In this document: in pieces, positions 22,668 through 33,139 of the stretch | Numbering within the stretch: the stretch's first letter is position 1 | Layout of the letters: each line of letters opens with the position of its first letter | Origin: Gammaproteobacteria bacterium | GTDB taxonomy: Bacteria; Pseudomonadota; Gammaproteobacteria; UBA4575 | Direction: 5' to 3' | DNA length: 64,000 nt | NCBI GenBank assembly: GCA_965221955.1 | Contig: CBDCTA010000029.1 | Coordinates: 576,001-640,000 of the forward strand | Position numbers and translations under genes: made by a program | The notes under the pieces: generated by a model | The model's input: the letters and a program-made list of their open reading frames with translations, nothing else | The model's database searches: none | Told to the model about the DNA's origin: nothing

Positions 22668-22813
22668 AAATATCGATATTTTTAGTTTAAAGTTTGCACA
22701 CAAGGGAAGGCTTAAGTGATTGTATTGTATATGAATACGTCCGTTTATCTAGATCTAGTCTAAATTGCTCCATATAGGGCCCTATGCAACAATATTGTGC
22801 AGGAGGGTGAGGA

Positions 22814-23314
22814 ATGGATGGTAATCATCATGTGATCGATGCTTCTGGGTATCGGGAGAATGTTGGCATCATTGTCTGTAATGAAACTAGAAATGTTGTC
22901 TGGTGTAAACGTAGTGGGCAAGATGCGTGGCAATTTCCTCAGGGGGGCGTGCAACAAAATGAGACGATTGAGCAAGCTTTGTATCGAGAATTAAAAGAAG
23001 AAACAGGCTTGGGCGATGAGCATGTTGAAATTCTCACTTGTACAAAAGATTGGCTTCGATATAAATTGCCCACACATCTAATTCGTAAAAACAGTATGCC
23101 AAAGTGCATTGGTCAAAAGCAGCGTTGGTTCCTGCTTAGACTACAAACTGATGAAAGCAATATCGATCTGAACATTTCAAAAAATCCAGAGTTCGATAAT
23201 TGGCGTTGGGTAGATTATTGGCACCCGTTAGAAGAAGTCGTGTTCTTTAAGCGTAATGTGTATGAGCGAGCACTGAAAGAGTTTGAGCCATTTTTATTTT
23301 CAACTGTTCACTAG
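22814..23314 (+). CDS. rppH: RNA pyrophosphohydrolase
   Basis: [15 protein letters not shown], Nudix box [16 protein letters not shown]; start may be GTG 22832. Confidence 0.95.
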   Translation: MDGNHHVIDASGYRENVGIIVCNETRNVVWCKRSGQDAWQFPQGGVQQNETIEQALYRELKEETGLGDEHVEILTCTKDWLRYKLPTHLIRKNSMPKCIGQKQRWFLLRLQTDESNIDLNISKNPEFDNWRWVDYWHPLEEVVFFKRNVYERALKEFEPFLFSTVH

Positions 23315-23321
23315 GTAGTAG

Positions 23322-24038
23322 TTATCTACGAACGACCCATAACCATATTCCTGTAATCGATAAAATCAATAGCAATATCGCTGCAGCATCTATTATATAT
23401 ATACCGTATTTTCCAAAAATCCTACCGCTGTGTGCGTCGAGTAAAAATCTTTCCAAGTTGATTTGTTGACTCATATCATGGCTTTCAATGACTTGTTTTA
23501 AACTTGGAAGGGTAATACTTGCAGCAACCCATTTCGGGTGAGGTCCGACATATTCGTGCCAATTCAACAGGTCACTATTACTTTCCCAATACTTGGTCAC
23601 ACCTCTAATAACGGGGTTGCCTTGTTCAGATTTAGAAATTCCTAAAGGATGCTCAATTAAACCATCAAGTTTAGTGATTTCATCAATAAGGTTTCCTTCG
23701 TGATCAAAAAGGATTAATGATTTTGCTGTGGCAACAATAATTTGATTGCTCTGTCTAATTGCGCCAAATAAGTTATCTACATTTTCGGTAATGGGTTTGC
23801 CAGACAAATAAAGATAGTCACCTGCATGTGAGATGGTTTGGTTACCAAGTTGATAAGTAGTGATAGGGTTGGGTTTAATGCCGTAGTGAGTTAACAACCA
23901 TGTATTGGCAAGGTGTTTGGCAGGCAAGCCTAATTCATCACTGTGTTGTAAAACAATTCCGGTAACAACTAAGAAGATGATAAAAGATGCAGCAAGCAGT
24001 CCAATTCTGCGATGCCATTTATGAAGTTTGGCAGCCAT
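23322..24038 (-). CDS. PepSY-associated TM domain protein
   Basis: WHRRIGL N-terminal TM, LDAHSGRIFG and ITGIWLW C-terminal TM. Confidence 0.85.
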   Translation of the reverse strand: MAAKLHKWHRRIGLLAASFIIFLVVTGIVLQHSDELGLPAKHLANTWLLTHYGIKPNPITTYQLGNQTISHAGDYLYLSGKPITENVDNLFGAIRQSNQIIVATAKSLILFDHEGNLIDEITKLDGLIEHPLGISKSEQGNPVIRGVTKYWESNSDLLNWHEYVGPHPKWVAASITLPSLKQVIESHDMSQQINLERFLLDAHSGRIFGKYGIYIIDAAAILLLILSITGIWLWVVRR

Positions 24039-24050
24039 GGGGCGGAGATT

Positions 24051-24566
24051 CTAGCATGAATCTTTTGTCACATGATTATGTAGCAGTAAAGCCATTCTAG
24101 AAATATTAGTAACTGCATCTACCGACATGGTTGCGCCTGAAATATTATCAATGTTTTTATCCAATCTGTTTTTTTTGGTTAGTTTAGCGTTTACAAATTG
24201 TTCACCAAAAAAATCATGTTTCACCTCCCAACCACGGCTTTCACGAAAGATTAATACTTTAACTTTTTCCAAACCTTGTCCATTCACAACAAAGCCTGTG
24301 GTGATGTAACGTTCTTTTCCAATTTCTTCTAAAATCCAAGCAGATCGGCAACCTTCTAGCCAATAAGGAACACGAATCTTTTTATATCGATGTCCAAGAA
24401 TTGATTTAACTTCTTTGCCAAGATCTCCAGACAAGATTAATCGTTCAGGCTCAGGCTTGGTGGTGAAAGTATTCGCTAAAAAATCTTCAGGTGATTGATA
24501 GACGCTTTCAGCTGCCAATGCTAAATTGGACGAAAAGAAAACGAGAATCGATAAAATCCATTTCAT
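24051..24566 (-). CDS. Secreted FMN-binding domain protein
   Basis: Signal peptide; FRESRGWEV and DNISGATMS flavinylation motif. Confidence 0.85.
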   Translation of the reverse strand: MKWILSILVFFSSNLALAAESVYQSPEDFLANTFTTKPEPERLILSGDLGKEVKSILGHRYKKIRVPYWLEGCRSAWILEEIGKERYITTGFVVNGQGLEKVKVLIFRESRGWEVKHDFFGEQFVNAKLTKKNRLDKNIDNISGATMSVDAVTNISRMALLLHNHVTKDSC

Positions 24567-24616
24567 AGTGAATGATGTTTGTCTGCGAATGTAAATTTAG
24601 TGTAATTGTAAGACTT

Positions 24617-24654
24617 AAAAAGCCCGAATTGGTTTTGTTTCAAAACGGGCTTTT
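24617..24654 (-). terminator. Stem-loop after porin gene (terminator or mRNA stabiliser)
   Basis: AAAAAGCCCG...CGGGCTTTT inverted repeat. Confidence 0.6.
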
Positions 24655-24676
24655 GTAAGTTTAATCTAATAAAAAA

Positions 24677-25939
24677 CTAGAACATATAACCAATTCCTAG
24701 ATCAAAGCCATCAAAGTCACGACCTTGAGCTTCAGCTTCTGGGTCATGTGAACGATCACGATAATCGAATTTTACAACCACATCTTTGTGTGGCCACCAA
24801 TTTGCCCCGAGTTCCCATTGACTAAACTGATCTTGAATGCGTGCTCCTTCAACTTCTTCATAACGTGCATACAACCCAAGCCAATTATTTACTTTGAAAC
24901 TTGGTTCAATGTACCAACCAAATTGCTCATCGATATCACCTGCAGCATCTTCAATATCACCACTAAAGTCCCATTGAGCATAGAGCGCGCGCAAACCAAA
25001 AGCTCCTCGATTATAAATAGCATGTGCCTGGTATAAAGTAGCATCATCAATAAAATCATCCTCTGCATCGCTATCATCATCTTGGGTAGGATCAGTTTGA
25101 TGGTTGATAGAAGCAGCTAACTCAAGACCTTGGATACCAGTGTATTTCACTCGGCCAGTAATAGCTGGATCGCTCAAACGTTGATTAGAGGTTTTACCAC
25201 GAGCACTTCTAATACGGCCACTTGTTCCAGAAAAATTCAAGCCCGAATGTAATGCAGCATCAAATGAAAAACCATTGTTTGTGCGGAAAGTTGAACCAAC
25301 ACCTGCTTCCCACCAAGTGGAAGGAATAATGATGTTCTCTACATCGTTTCGTTCTACACCATAAAAAGTAGGGGGCTCATGAGTTTCGTTTAAAATACCA
25401 GTGGGTACAAGAAAAACACCGCCACGAACTTGTGCATTATTATTTACATCATATTCTATATAAGCCTGTTCAATTTCTACTTCGCCACCGAGAGGTTCTC
25501 CGTCAGGTTCTACACCACCATGTTCGATTTCAATTTCGGTTACTAAACGTAGATCATCGGTAAATTCTTTGCCTACAAATAAAACGAAGCGGTGTAGATC
25601 CACTTCTTCTAAATCTCTATCGCTGTCATCTGCACTTAAGTTGTTGTAATGCACTTCACCATAACCCCCTAAAGAAATACCTTCAAAAGCATCAAGTGGG
25701 CTATCTTCAATGACTTCGGCTGTTGCTGTAGCAATTTCAGTGGCCTCATCGGCTTTTTCTTCAGCGCGTGTGGCTTTTTCCATCGCTTCTTTTTGTTGAG
25801 ACATTAAGAACTCAACCGCTTTTTTGAGATTTTCATATTCCTCACGATCTACTGAAATTTGTTCAGCATAGGTGGGGAAAGTGCAGGCTAAAGTAACTAA
25901 AAACAGCACTAGCCTTGTTTTTATGAGTTGGATAACCAT
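24677..25939 (-). CDS. Outer-membrane porin with N-terminal coiled coil
   Basis: Signal peptide, coiled coil, GGYGEVHYNN, EIEIEH, NETHEPPTFYGVER, terminal GYMF. Confidence 0.85.
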   Translation of the reverse strand: MVIQLIKTRLVLFLVTLACTFPTYAEQISVDREEYENLKKAVEFLMSQQKEAMEKATRAEEKADEATEIATATAEVIEDSPLDAFEGISLGGYGEVHYNNLSADDSDRDLEEVDLHRFVLFVGKEFTDDLRLVTEIEIEHGGVEPDGEPLGGEVEIEQAYIEYDVNNNAQVRGGVFLVPTGILNETHEPPTFYGVERNDVENIIIPSTWWEAGVGSTFRTNNGFSFDAALHSGLNFSGTSGRIRSARGKTSNQRLSDPAITGRVKYTGIQGLELAASINHQTDPTQDDDSDAEDDFIDDATLYQAHAIYNRGAFGLRALYAQWDFSGDIEDAAGDIDEQFGWYIEPSFKVNNWLGLYARYEEVEGARIQDQFSQWELGANWWPHKDVVVKFDYRDRSHDPEAEAQGRDFDGFDLGIGYMF

Positions 25940-26025
25940 TGTGTACTCCCTTGTTGTTTGGTTTGGCCGGTATGACTGGATACGGGCTTATCTTAGGTTC
26001 CAAATTTGATGTATTTACTAATACT

Positions 26026-26044
26026 AATGAGAATGATTCGCATT
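26026..26044. promoter_or_regulatory. Fur box upstream of porin operon
   Basis: AATGAGAATGATTCGCATT, 9-1-9 palindrome (8/9), 87 nt upstream of porin start. Confidence 0.75.
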
Positions 26045-26138
26045 TGTATATCCATATAAGGATAGCTTGAGGGTAGGTGAGTAAATTGGTGGGGGTGAGA
26101 ATCGTCTGGGATTAGGTGCCGAGCGTTTTGAGCGGCTT

Positions 26139-26873
26139 TTGGATAAAGTAATGATTATGAAGATAAAAATAATAAGTCTGAATATAGTTTTATCACTTGC
26201 ACTGTTTTGTATAAGTTTTTATGCAGCTTGGCAGTTGAGTGCAAGCAGTAATTTTTTTTATTCCTTCTGGTATGAGCTGTTAGGCATAAGTGAAACCATT
26301 GAATCATATGGTCCAAAAAACAAATACAAATTAGGTTTTGAGCAAACACAGAAAACTGAGCAAGTGAAATTGTTTTCAGGAATTGTGCATGCAATTCAGA
26401 GAAATGGAGAAGGTTTAAATCAACTAAGTTATAAAAACAAAGAAAAAAATGTAACTTTACTTACTAATGCTGAAATTATTCATTTGCAAGATGTAGCCAA
26501 TTTAGTTGCTACATTTAAAACGGTAGCTATTTTTAGTTTAGTGCTGATAGTAATAGTGTTAACTTTTATGCGAATCACAAAAACCCCAATAGCAAAAATA
26601 AAAAAGCAGTTATTGGGTGGCATAGTATTTATTGTGCTTTTAATTTTACTGCTTTTAATAATTGGGCCAAAAGAAGTATTCTATTTAGGGCATGAGTTAA
26701 TTTTTCCAAATAATCATCAGTGGTTTTTTTATTACGAAGAGTCACTAATGAGCACCATGATGAAAGCGCCTGCATTATTTGGTCCTATAGCATGCCAGCT
26801 TTTAGTGCTTACGTTCTTGATATGGATAGGGCTTTTGTTCTTATTAAAAAATGCAGTGTTTAAGGATAAATAA
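26139..26873 (+). CDS. DUF1461 / Lit-like integral membrane protein
   Basis: EIIHLQDV and HELIFPNNHQWFF motifs, 4 TM; start probably 26151 or 26157. Confidence 0.75.
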   Translation: MDKVMIMKIKIISLNIVLSLALFCISFYAAWQLSASSNFFYSFWYELLGISETIESYGPKNKYKLGFEQTQKTEQVKLFSGIVHAIQRNGEGLNQLSYKNKEKNVTLLTNAEIIHLQDVANLVATFKTVAIFSLVLIVIVLTFMRITKTPIAKIKKQLLGGIVFIVLLILLLLIIGPKEVFYLGHELIFPNNHQWFFYYEESLMSTMMKAPALFGPIACQLLVLTFLIWIGLLFLLKNAVFKDK

Positions 26874-26917
26874 AAACTACAAGATCGTTTCAATAGCTTT
26901 TCTGTCAAATTGATCTA

Positions 26918-27337
26918 TTAAAAAGGCTTTACAACTGCAAGTACTACGATTGCGAATAAGGCCAAAACTGGTGCTTCATTAAACCAGCGATACCATGTAT
27001 GTGATTTGGTATTTGCATTATTTGCAAATATTTTAACGATTTTCCCGCACCATAAATGATAAATAATAAGCAACACTACAAATACTAACTTAATGTAGAT
27101 CCATCCAAACGAAGCATAGATGCTCCAATTTGGAACTAATAATATTGTTCCTAATACAATTGTCAGTGCCATGCTAGGTGTTGTGAAACGATAAAGTTTC
27201 CGTTCCATAATTTTGAAACGTTCATGGCATGCTGGATCATCTGTCATAGCGTGATGCACAAATAACCTTGGTAAATAAAATAAACCTGCAAACCAGGTTA
27301 TTACAAAAATGATGTGCAGTGCTTTTACCCAAAGCAT
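26918..27337 (-). CDS. hemJ: Protoporphyrinogen IX oxidase HemJ
   Basis: WVKALHIIFVITWFAGLFYLPRLFVHH, MERKL, RWFNE, VVKPF. Confidence 0.95.
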   Translation of the reverse strand: MLWVKALHIIFVITWFAGLFYLPRLFVHHAMTDDPACHERFKIMERKLYRFTTPSMALTIVLGTILLVPNWSIYASFGWIYIKLVFVVLLIIYHLWCGKIVKIFANNANTKSHTWYRWFNEAPVLALFAIVVLAVVKPF

Positions 27338-27352
27338 ATTTCAATCCTATGA

Positions 27353-29104
27353 TTAAATGTTATATGAACTTTTGAATTTCTCTTTAGTAAGAACACCGTA
27401 GACCTTTATTATATCAGGCCCTATCGAGCTACTAATACAGATGGCCTCTACACCTTCTTCTATGAATTGTTCTCGCGCAGAATCCGCAGTTGCACGTATA
27501 TCAATGCAACTCACCTGCAAGCGTTTTGCAGGGATTGCCATTAAATCTATTTCGTCTTTTTCTTCCTCATCTTCTAAGTAATTGCATAGATCGGATGTAG
27601 GTAGAATGGCGATCGGCTTACCATCTTCAATAACAACCCACTCTTTATTTAGAGCTACTAAATCTTTTGCTTGTTCAAAGCTAATGATGTTAGAACTTCG
27701 ATGAATATTACGATTCATCACATTTGCAACGCCTACACGTCGTAGTGCTTGTAACATGGGTTCGTGACGATAGTCCAAACCTTTGAGTTGCATTAGCATT
27801 CGATAAATAGAGCGCTGTCCAAAAAGTTGGCTAGCAGTAAGTTGTGCGGTCACTATGGCCAACATGCCGGGCAAAATAATATTTGGGTTGCTGGTAAGTT
27901 CAAAAACAGCGGTTAATGCTGCAAGAGGTGCTTGTAGTGTGGCGCCCATCATTGCTGCCATGCCCATTAGTGCATACAAGCCTGGCGAAGACGAAAGGTT
28001 TGGGAAAATAGGTTGTGCAATAATTCCCATTATTCCACCTAAGCTTGCGCCAATTACAAATGTAGGGCCGATAAGACCGGCTGGTAATCCCAATCCAACA
28101 CTGCATGCTGTGGCAATCAATTTTGCTGCAAAAATGACGAGCAAGAGATTCAAACTTATGTTGTTTACTAAAGTGTTGTTTACTGTGTCATAGCCGATTC
28201 CCATTATTTGTGGTGCAAAATATGCAAGCAGTCCTGTTATAGAACCAGCAAGGATAAATTTAGTCCAGATAGACAAGTTTTTGCTGGAAGTTGAGGTGAG
28301 CTTTGTAATGTAAATAAAAATAACTGCGGCAATGCCAGTGACTACACCAAGAAGCACCACATAAGGGAGTTCTAATAAATTGGTGAGTTGAAAGTTAGGA
28401 ACTGAAAAAACGGTTTCGGCACCAAAAACTGCTCGAGTTAACGCTGTGGCACTGACAGCAGATAAAATTACTGGTAAAAAACTTGCAAGCGTGTATTCCA
28501 TCATGACGACTTCAAGTGCAAAGATCACTCCAGCTAGTGGCGTATTAAACGATGCTCCTATTGCTGCTGCAGTCCCGCATGCGACGAGTGTGCGAATGGT
28601 GTTGTTAGGCAAACCAAGTTGTTGACCAATGATGCTGCTAGTTGCAGCACCAAGATGAATGGCGGGGCCTTCACGACCTAAAGATTGTCCGGAGATGATT
28701 GCAATGGCAGCGCCTACATATTGCAAGATTAAACTGCGAAACCTTAAATAACCTTGATGATATGAGAGGCGTTCCATGACATGAGAAACACCTACACCGA
28801 TTCCTGACTCTTTATTAGCAAATAATTTAAAGATTGCGGCAATTAAAATTGCACCTGCGATGGGTAATAAAATACGAAAGTTCTTAGGCAATCCTTCATA
28901 ATTTTCAGGATCCCCATAAGGTAAAAATGCAGTTTGTGCAGTTTCAATTACAAGTATAAAGGAAATGATGACGAGACCTGTCATCAAGCCTGCTAAAGTA
29001 CCAAGCACTGCAAGCTGGATGAGCGCATCCGGCCTTGAGGTTCGCAGGCGTAAATTTTCCAATGCGCGTGTGATAAAAATCCGAATTGATGATTCCTTTC
29101 CCAT
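27353..29104 (-). CDS. CLC chloride channel/antiporter family protein with C-terminal CBS-like region
   Basis: GREGPAIHLG, FNTPLAGVIFALE, GLIGPTF, APLAA. Confidence 0.9.
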   Translation of the reverse strand: MGKESSIRIFITRALENLRLRTSRPDALIQLAVLGTLAGLMTGLVIISFILVIETAQTAFLPYGDPENYEGLPKNFRILLPIAGAILIAAIFKLFANKESGIGVGVSHVMERLSYHQGYLRFRSLILQYVGAAIAIISGQSLGREGPAIHLGAATSSIIGQQLGLPNNTIRTLVACGTAAAIGASFNTPLAGVIFALEVVMMEYTLASFLPVILSAVSATALTRAVFGAETVFSVPNFQLTNLLELPYVVLLGVVTGIAAVIFIYITKLTSTSSKNLSIWTKFILAGSITGLLAYFAPQIMGIGYDTVNNTLVNNISLNLLLVIFAAKLIATACSVGLGLPAGLIGPTFVIGASLGGIMGIIAQPIFPNLSSSPGLYALMGMAAMMGATLQAPLAALTAVFELTSNPNIILPGMLAIVTAQLTASQLFGQRSIYRMLMQLKGLDYRHEPMLQALRRVGVANVMNRNIHRSSNIISFEQAKDLVALNKEWVVIEDGKPIAILPTSDLCNYLEDEEEKDEIDLMAIPAKRLQVSCIDIRATADSAREQFIEEGVEAICISSSIGPDIIKVYGVLTKEKFKSSYNI

Positions 29105-29295
29105 AAGCCAGATTATGCCAGAGATTGGCTAGAAAAATTATGTTGTAAGGTGCTATCGGAGCCAATAAAAACTTTAGTGATTTGCTTTTGAAGAAACTTA
29201 TTAGCTTGTATGATGCACCAAGATTACAGCTAGCCAATAGCGTTTCAATAGAATGGCTAGATATTTAATTTAAGCATAATTAGGAAATTGCATTC

Positions 29296-30324
29296 ATGAT
29301 TTCAGTGGGAGTAGTAGGAGGAACGGGTTATACCGGCATTGAGTTGCTGCGTATTTTGGTTTCACACCCTAAGGTTGAGATTAAAGTAGTTACCTCGCGC
29401 AGTGAAGTCGGTAATAAAGTTTCCAACCTATACCCAAGTCTATTGCCAAATCTTGATTTGGTCTTTTCTGCACCAGAAGTTGCGGTTTTAAAAGATTGTG
29501 ATTGTGTGTTTTTTGCTGCTCCAAATGGTACCGCAATGCAAATAGTGCCGGAGTTATTAGAGGCAGGTGTAAAGGTGATTGATCTTGCTGCGGACTTTCG
29601 TATTAAAGATTCTGCAACTTGGGAGCAATGGTATAAACAACCTCATGCGTGCCCAGAATTATTAGATTCAGCCGTATATGGATTACCTGAAATTCATCGA
29701 GAAGAAATTAAGCATGCACAGTTAATAGCGAACCCAGGTTGTTATCCTACAGCTGTTATTTTAGGTTTCTTGCCACTGCTTGAATCTGGAATTGCGGAAA
29801 GCTCGCAACTCATTGCCGATGCAAAGTCTGGTGTTAGCGGTGCAGGTCGAGCGGCTAACGTACCAACACTTTTTAGTGAAGCAGGTGAAAATTTTAAAGC
29901 ATACAATGTAAACGCACACCGACATTGGCCTGAAATTAAACAAGAACTAGAAGGTGTTAATAAAAACGAAATTAACTTTGTGTTTACTCCGCATTTAACG
30001 CCCATGGTGCGTGGAATTTTCGCCACATTATATTTAACCAATATCAATATTGATGATATGCATGCGCTTTACCAAAAACGTTATGCAGATGAAGCTTTTG
30101 TGCAAGTGCTAGATGAGGGTGTGTTACCTGAAACTAAGCATGTTCGTGCCTCTAATCAGTGCATGTTGTCCGTATCTAAACCCTATTCTGGTAATACCGT
30201 AGTAGTGTTATCTGTGATTGACAATCTTGTGAAAGGGGCTGCTGGTCAAGCCGTGCAAAATATGAATCTAATGTTCGGGATAGAAGAGACTACAAGCTTA
30301 ATGCAGCCAGGGCTGTTTCCCTAA
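29296..30324 (+). CDS. argC: N-acetyl-gamma-glutamyl-phosphate reductase
   Basis: GGTGYTG, ANPGCYPT, SGVSGAGR, DNLVKGAAGQAVQNMN. Confidence 0.98.
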   Translation: MISVGVVGGTGYTGIELLRILVSHPKVEIKVVTSRSEVGNKVSNLYPSLLPNLDLVFSAPEVAVLKDCDCVFFAAPNGTAMQIVPELLEAGVKVIDLAADFRIKDSATWEQWYKQPHACPELLDSAVYGLPEIHREEIKHAQLIANPGCYPTAVILGFLPLLESGIAESSQLIADAKSGVSGAGRAANVPTLFSEAGENFKAYNVNAHRHWPEIKQELEGVNKNEINFVFTPHLTPMVRGIFATLYLTNINIDDMHALYQKRYADEAFVQVLDEGVLPETKHVRASNQCMLSVSKPYSGNTVVVLSVIDNLVKGAAGQAVQNMNLMFGIEETTSLMQPGLFP

Positions 30325-31043
30325 TGACAACAAATAAATTACAAAATGGTTCCTATTTGATTTCCTTCGGTGTAACTGCAGGATTTTTCTTGTTGTCTTT
30401 ATATCTTGCGTATTGGGTTGGTGTGAATGGTTTCAGGATTCCATTTATTTCATCTCATAGTACACCCGAGTTTAAAGATAGTGATGAAAAAATAAAATTT
30501 TTAGAAAAAAGCGTGCGTGAATTAGAGCGTGAATTAGCCTATGTGAAACGCTCAACTAAAGTTGAACTTGCAGCAGTGGAAAAAATGAAAGAAACGTTGC
30601 AAGAAAAAGATCTTGAATTATTAGAGCTTAATCAAGAACTGCATTTTTATAATACGCTTTACACCGCAAATACGGATAACACCTTGGTGCATATCAAGGC
30701 GTTTAATTTGCACAAAGATTTAGTTACTGGGAAATATAATTATGAATTAGTATTAACCGGTGTGGCTAAAAAAAGCGAAGGGAAAATTTCTGGAGTCATA
30801 GGATTAAGTGTTGATGGCGAAGAGCAAGAAATTTTAAAACGTTTAGTATTTGAAGATGCAAGTGAAATTACCGATACTTCTTTGAAATTTTCTTTTAAAT
30901 ATTTTCAAAAAATTTCAGGTAGCTTCTCATTACCGGAAGAGTTTGTGCCATCTTCTGTTCACGTGGAAGTGCGGCGTGATAAAAATAATAAGGAGCCGAT
31001 AGCCGTTAGTTATAATTGGGATGAAATTTTTGTAAAAAGTTAA
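30324..31043 (+). CDS. DUF6776-like membrane-anchored coiled-coil protein
   Basis: TM + coiled coil + ELHFY + FSFKYFQ..G...LPEEFVP; usual position between argC and bactofilin. Confidence 0.75.
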   Translation: MTTNKLQNGSYLISFGVTAGFFLLSLYLAYWVGVNGFRIPFISSHSTPEFKDSDEKIKFLEKSVRELERELAYVKRSTKVELAAVEKMKETLQEKDLELLELNQELHFYNTLYTANTDNTLVHIKAFNLHKDLVTGKYNYELVLTGVAKKSEGKISGVIGLSVDGEEQEILKRLVFEDASEITDTSLKFSFKYFQKISGSFSLPEEFVPSSVHVEVRRDKNNKEPIAVSYNWDEIFVKS

Positions 31044-31058
31044 TAACAGGTCTGAATT

Positions 31059-31439
31059 GTGTTAAAGAGAAAAATTAAAACCATGCAAGTGGATACCCTG
31101 GTGGGTAAACATTCTAAAATTGTTGGCGATATTCTATATACAGGTGGTGTGCATGTTGAAGGTGAAATTGAGGGCAACCTCATGGCAGAAGAAGTCGATA
31201 AAGGCTTTGTGGTGGTCAGCGAATCTGGACTTGTAAAAGGAGAAATTCGTGGGCCAACAATTATTGTTTATGGAACAGTAAATGGCGATGTTTATGCAAC
31301 GGGTACAATCGAACTTGCTGCAGGTGCAAAAATAAACGGCAGTGTTTATTATAATTTACTCGAAATGGCGAACGGTGCAGAAGTAAATGGTAGCCTTGTG
31401 CATCAGCAAAGCTCAAGAGGACAGGTTGAAACCAGCTAA
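31059..31439 (+). CDS. Bactofilin (polymer-forming cytoskeletal protein)
   Basis: Repeating G-x-V/I beta-helix pattern, GAEVNGSL. Confidence 0.9.
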   Translation: MLKRKIKTMQVDTLVGKHSKIVGDILYTGGVHVEGEIEGNLMAEEVDKGFVVVSESGLVKGEIRGPTIIVYGTVNGDVYATGTIELAAGAKINGSVYYNLLEMANGAEVNGSLVHQQSSRGQVETS

Positions 31440-31465
31440 TTAGAGGGTTTAACTATTACTTCGGA

Positions 31466-31490
31466 ATAGTTGACTAATTTACTAAGGTAA
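31466..31490 (+). promoter_or_regulatory. IscR type-1-like operator upstream of erpA
   Basis: ATAGTTGACTAATTTACTAAGGTAA resembles ATASYYGACTRwwwYAGTCRRSTAT; erpA is an established IscR target. Confidence 0.65.
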
Positions 31491-31534
31491 TGTTAGTATA
31501 TTAGCAAGTTCTAACGTATTATTTGGAGAATCCT

Positions 31535-31924
31535 ATGTCTACATCTGATAGTGGACAAGCAACTGCAGAAGCAACAACACCTTCAGCTCCGCCGGTAACA
31601 TTGATTTTTACCGATGCGGCCGCGAACAAAGTAAAGCAGCTCATCGAAGAGGAAAAAAATGACAATCTCAAGTTACGAGTGTTCGTAAGTGGTGGAGGTT
31701 GTTCAGGATTTCAATACGGCTTTACTTTTGATGAAAATCTCCAAGATGGCGATACCTCTGTTGAAAATGGTGGAGTAACATTGTTGGTGGATCCTATGAG
31801 TTATCAGTATCTAATGGGAGCCGAGATTGATTACACAGAAGGTCTTGAGGGAGCGCAATTTGTGATTCGCAACCCAAATGCACAAACCACTTGTGGTTGT
31901 GGCTCATCGTTTTCCCCAGGCTAA
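31535..31924 (+). CDS. erpA: Fe-S cluster insertion protein ErpA
   Basis: [25 protein letters not shown]; ATG 31535 with GGAG RBS. Confidence 0.96.
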   Translation: MSTSDSGQATAEATTPSAPPVTLIFTDAAANKVKQLIEEEKNDNLKLRVFVSGGGCSGFQYGFTFDENLQDGDTSVENGGVTLLVDPMSYQYLMGAEIDYTEGLEGAQFVIRNPNAQTTCGCGSSFSPG

Positions 31925-31947
31925 GCAATAACGAATACATTTATTTT

Positions 31948-31974
31948 AAAGCGCTCTCATGAGCGCTTTTTTTT
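31948..31974 (+). terminator. Intrinsic terminator after erpA
   Basis: AAAGCGCTC-TCAT-GAGCGCTTTTTTTT. Confidence 0.85.
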
Positions 31975-32069
31975 GCTCTAATTATTACCTTAATTATTGC
32001 TATGTCAAAAAGTAAATTGTTTTAAAATGAGCAACTCATAATCTCCATACATCAAATTGGTATCTAAAA

Positions 32070-33119
32070 ATGCATAAAAACATCTCAGAAATAGTCAATG
32101 AGTTTTCAGAGTGGAATTTATTTATCGATCAGCATGGTCCTGACAATTTGATTACAGGGATGCCAGACATTAAGCAATGTGGTGAAGGAGATTTAGTTTT
32201 TGTTGAAAGTGAAGACTATGTAGCAGATGTTTTAAAGCGTAAACCCGCTGCAGTGATCACTACCGAAAAGCTTGTCGATCAGTTTACAGCTCTAACAAAT
32301 TCATCCATTTTAATCAGTAAAAATGCGAAATTAGCGCAAGCATTGTTAAGACAAAAATATATGGATCGTAATTTGCGTGAAAATGGGTGGCCACAAATTC
32401 ATGATTCAGCAGTGATACATGATACAGCGACACTCAAGGTCAATGTTACAGTCGGACCCAATGCAGTCATCTCAAAAAATGCTGTCTTAGGTGAAAATAG
32501 TATAGTAATGGCAAATGCTGTTATCGAAGAAAGCGTGTCCATCGGTTCTGATTCTGTAATTTATCCAAATGCAGTGATTTCGTATGAATGTGTCATTGGA
32601 GATCGCTGTATTGTGATGTCTGGTGCGGTAATAGGTGCTGAGGGATTTGGCTTTGCGCAAGACCAAGATCAGAAAAGTTATCGCGTTCCACAGCTTGGCA
32701 ACGTAGTGATCGGAGATGATGTTGTAATTGGTGCAAACTGCACAATTGATCGCGCAACTTTCAATAGCACAAAAATAGGTAACGGTTGTAAGTTTGATAA
32801 CTTAATTCACATCGCACACAACGTTGAAGTGGGTGAGGATGCGCTCATGGCAGCTCAATGTGGTGTGGCGGGTTCTACTAAAATTGGTAAGCGTGTACGT
32901 TTTGGCGGTCAAACTGGAACCTATGATCATGTTGAAATTGGTGACGATACAATATTTGTTCATCGTTCAGCGGTGATACATGATGTTAATGAATCAGGCA
33001 TCTATGCGGGTTTGCCACCAATTCCTTTGCGTCAATGGTCTAAATCAACTGCTGTTTTCAAGCAACTTGAGAACTTGAAGAAAACGGTAGATGTGCTTGC
33101 AAAAGATAAATCCAAATAA
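32070..33119 (+). CDS. lpxD: UDP-3-O-acyl-glucosamine N-acyltransferase LpxD (stand-alone copy)
   Basis: GAEGFGFA, PQLGNVVIGDDV, TIDRA, KFDNLIHIAHNV. Confidence 0.92.
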   Translation: MHKNISEIVNEFSEWNLFIDQHGPDNLITGMPDIKQCGEGDLVFVESEDYVADVLKRKPAAVITTEKLVDQFTALTNSSILISKNAKLAQALLRQKYMDRNLRENGWPQIHDSAVIHDTATLKVNVTVGPNAVISKNAVLGENSIVMANAVIEESVSIGSDSVIYPNAVISYECVIGDRCIVMSGAVIGAEGFGFAQDQDQKSYRVPQLGNVVIGDDVVIGANCTIDRATFNSTKIGNGCKFDNLIHIAHNVEVGEDALMAAQCGVAGSTKIGKRVRFGGQTGTYDHVEIGDDTIFVHRSAVIHDVNESGIYAGLPPIPLRQWSKSTAVFKQLENLKKTVDVLAKDKSK

Positions 33120-33139
33120 GCTTATTGATATTAATATTG

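Noticed and set aside
29105-29240. Fluoride riboswitch upstream of the CLC gene
   Set aside because: No GGxGATG...GCTGATGAC pattern, and the protein lacks the CLC-F GNNLI signature
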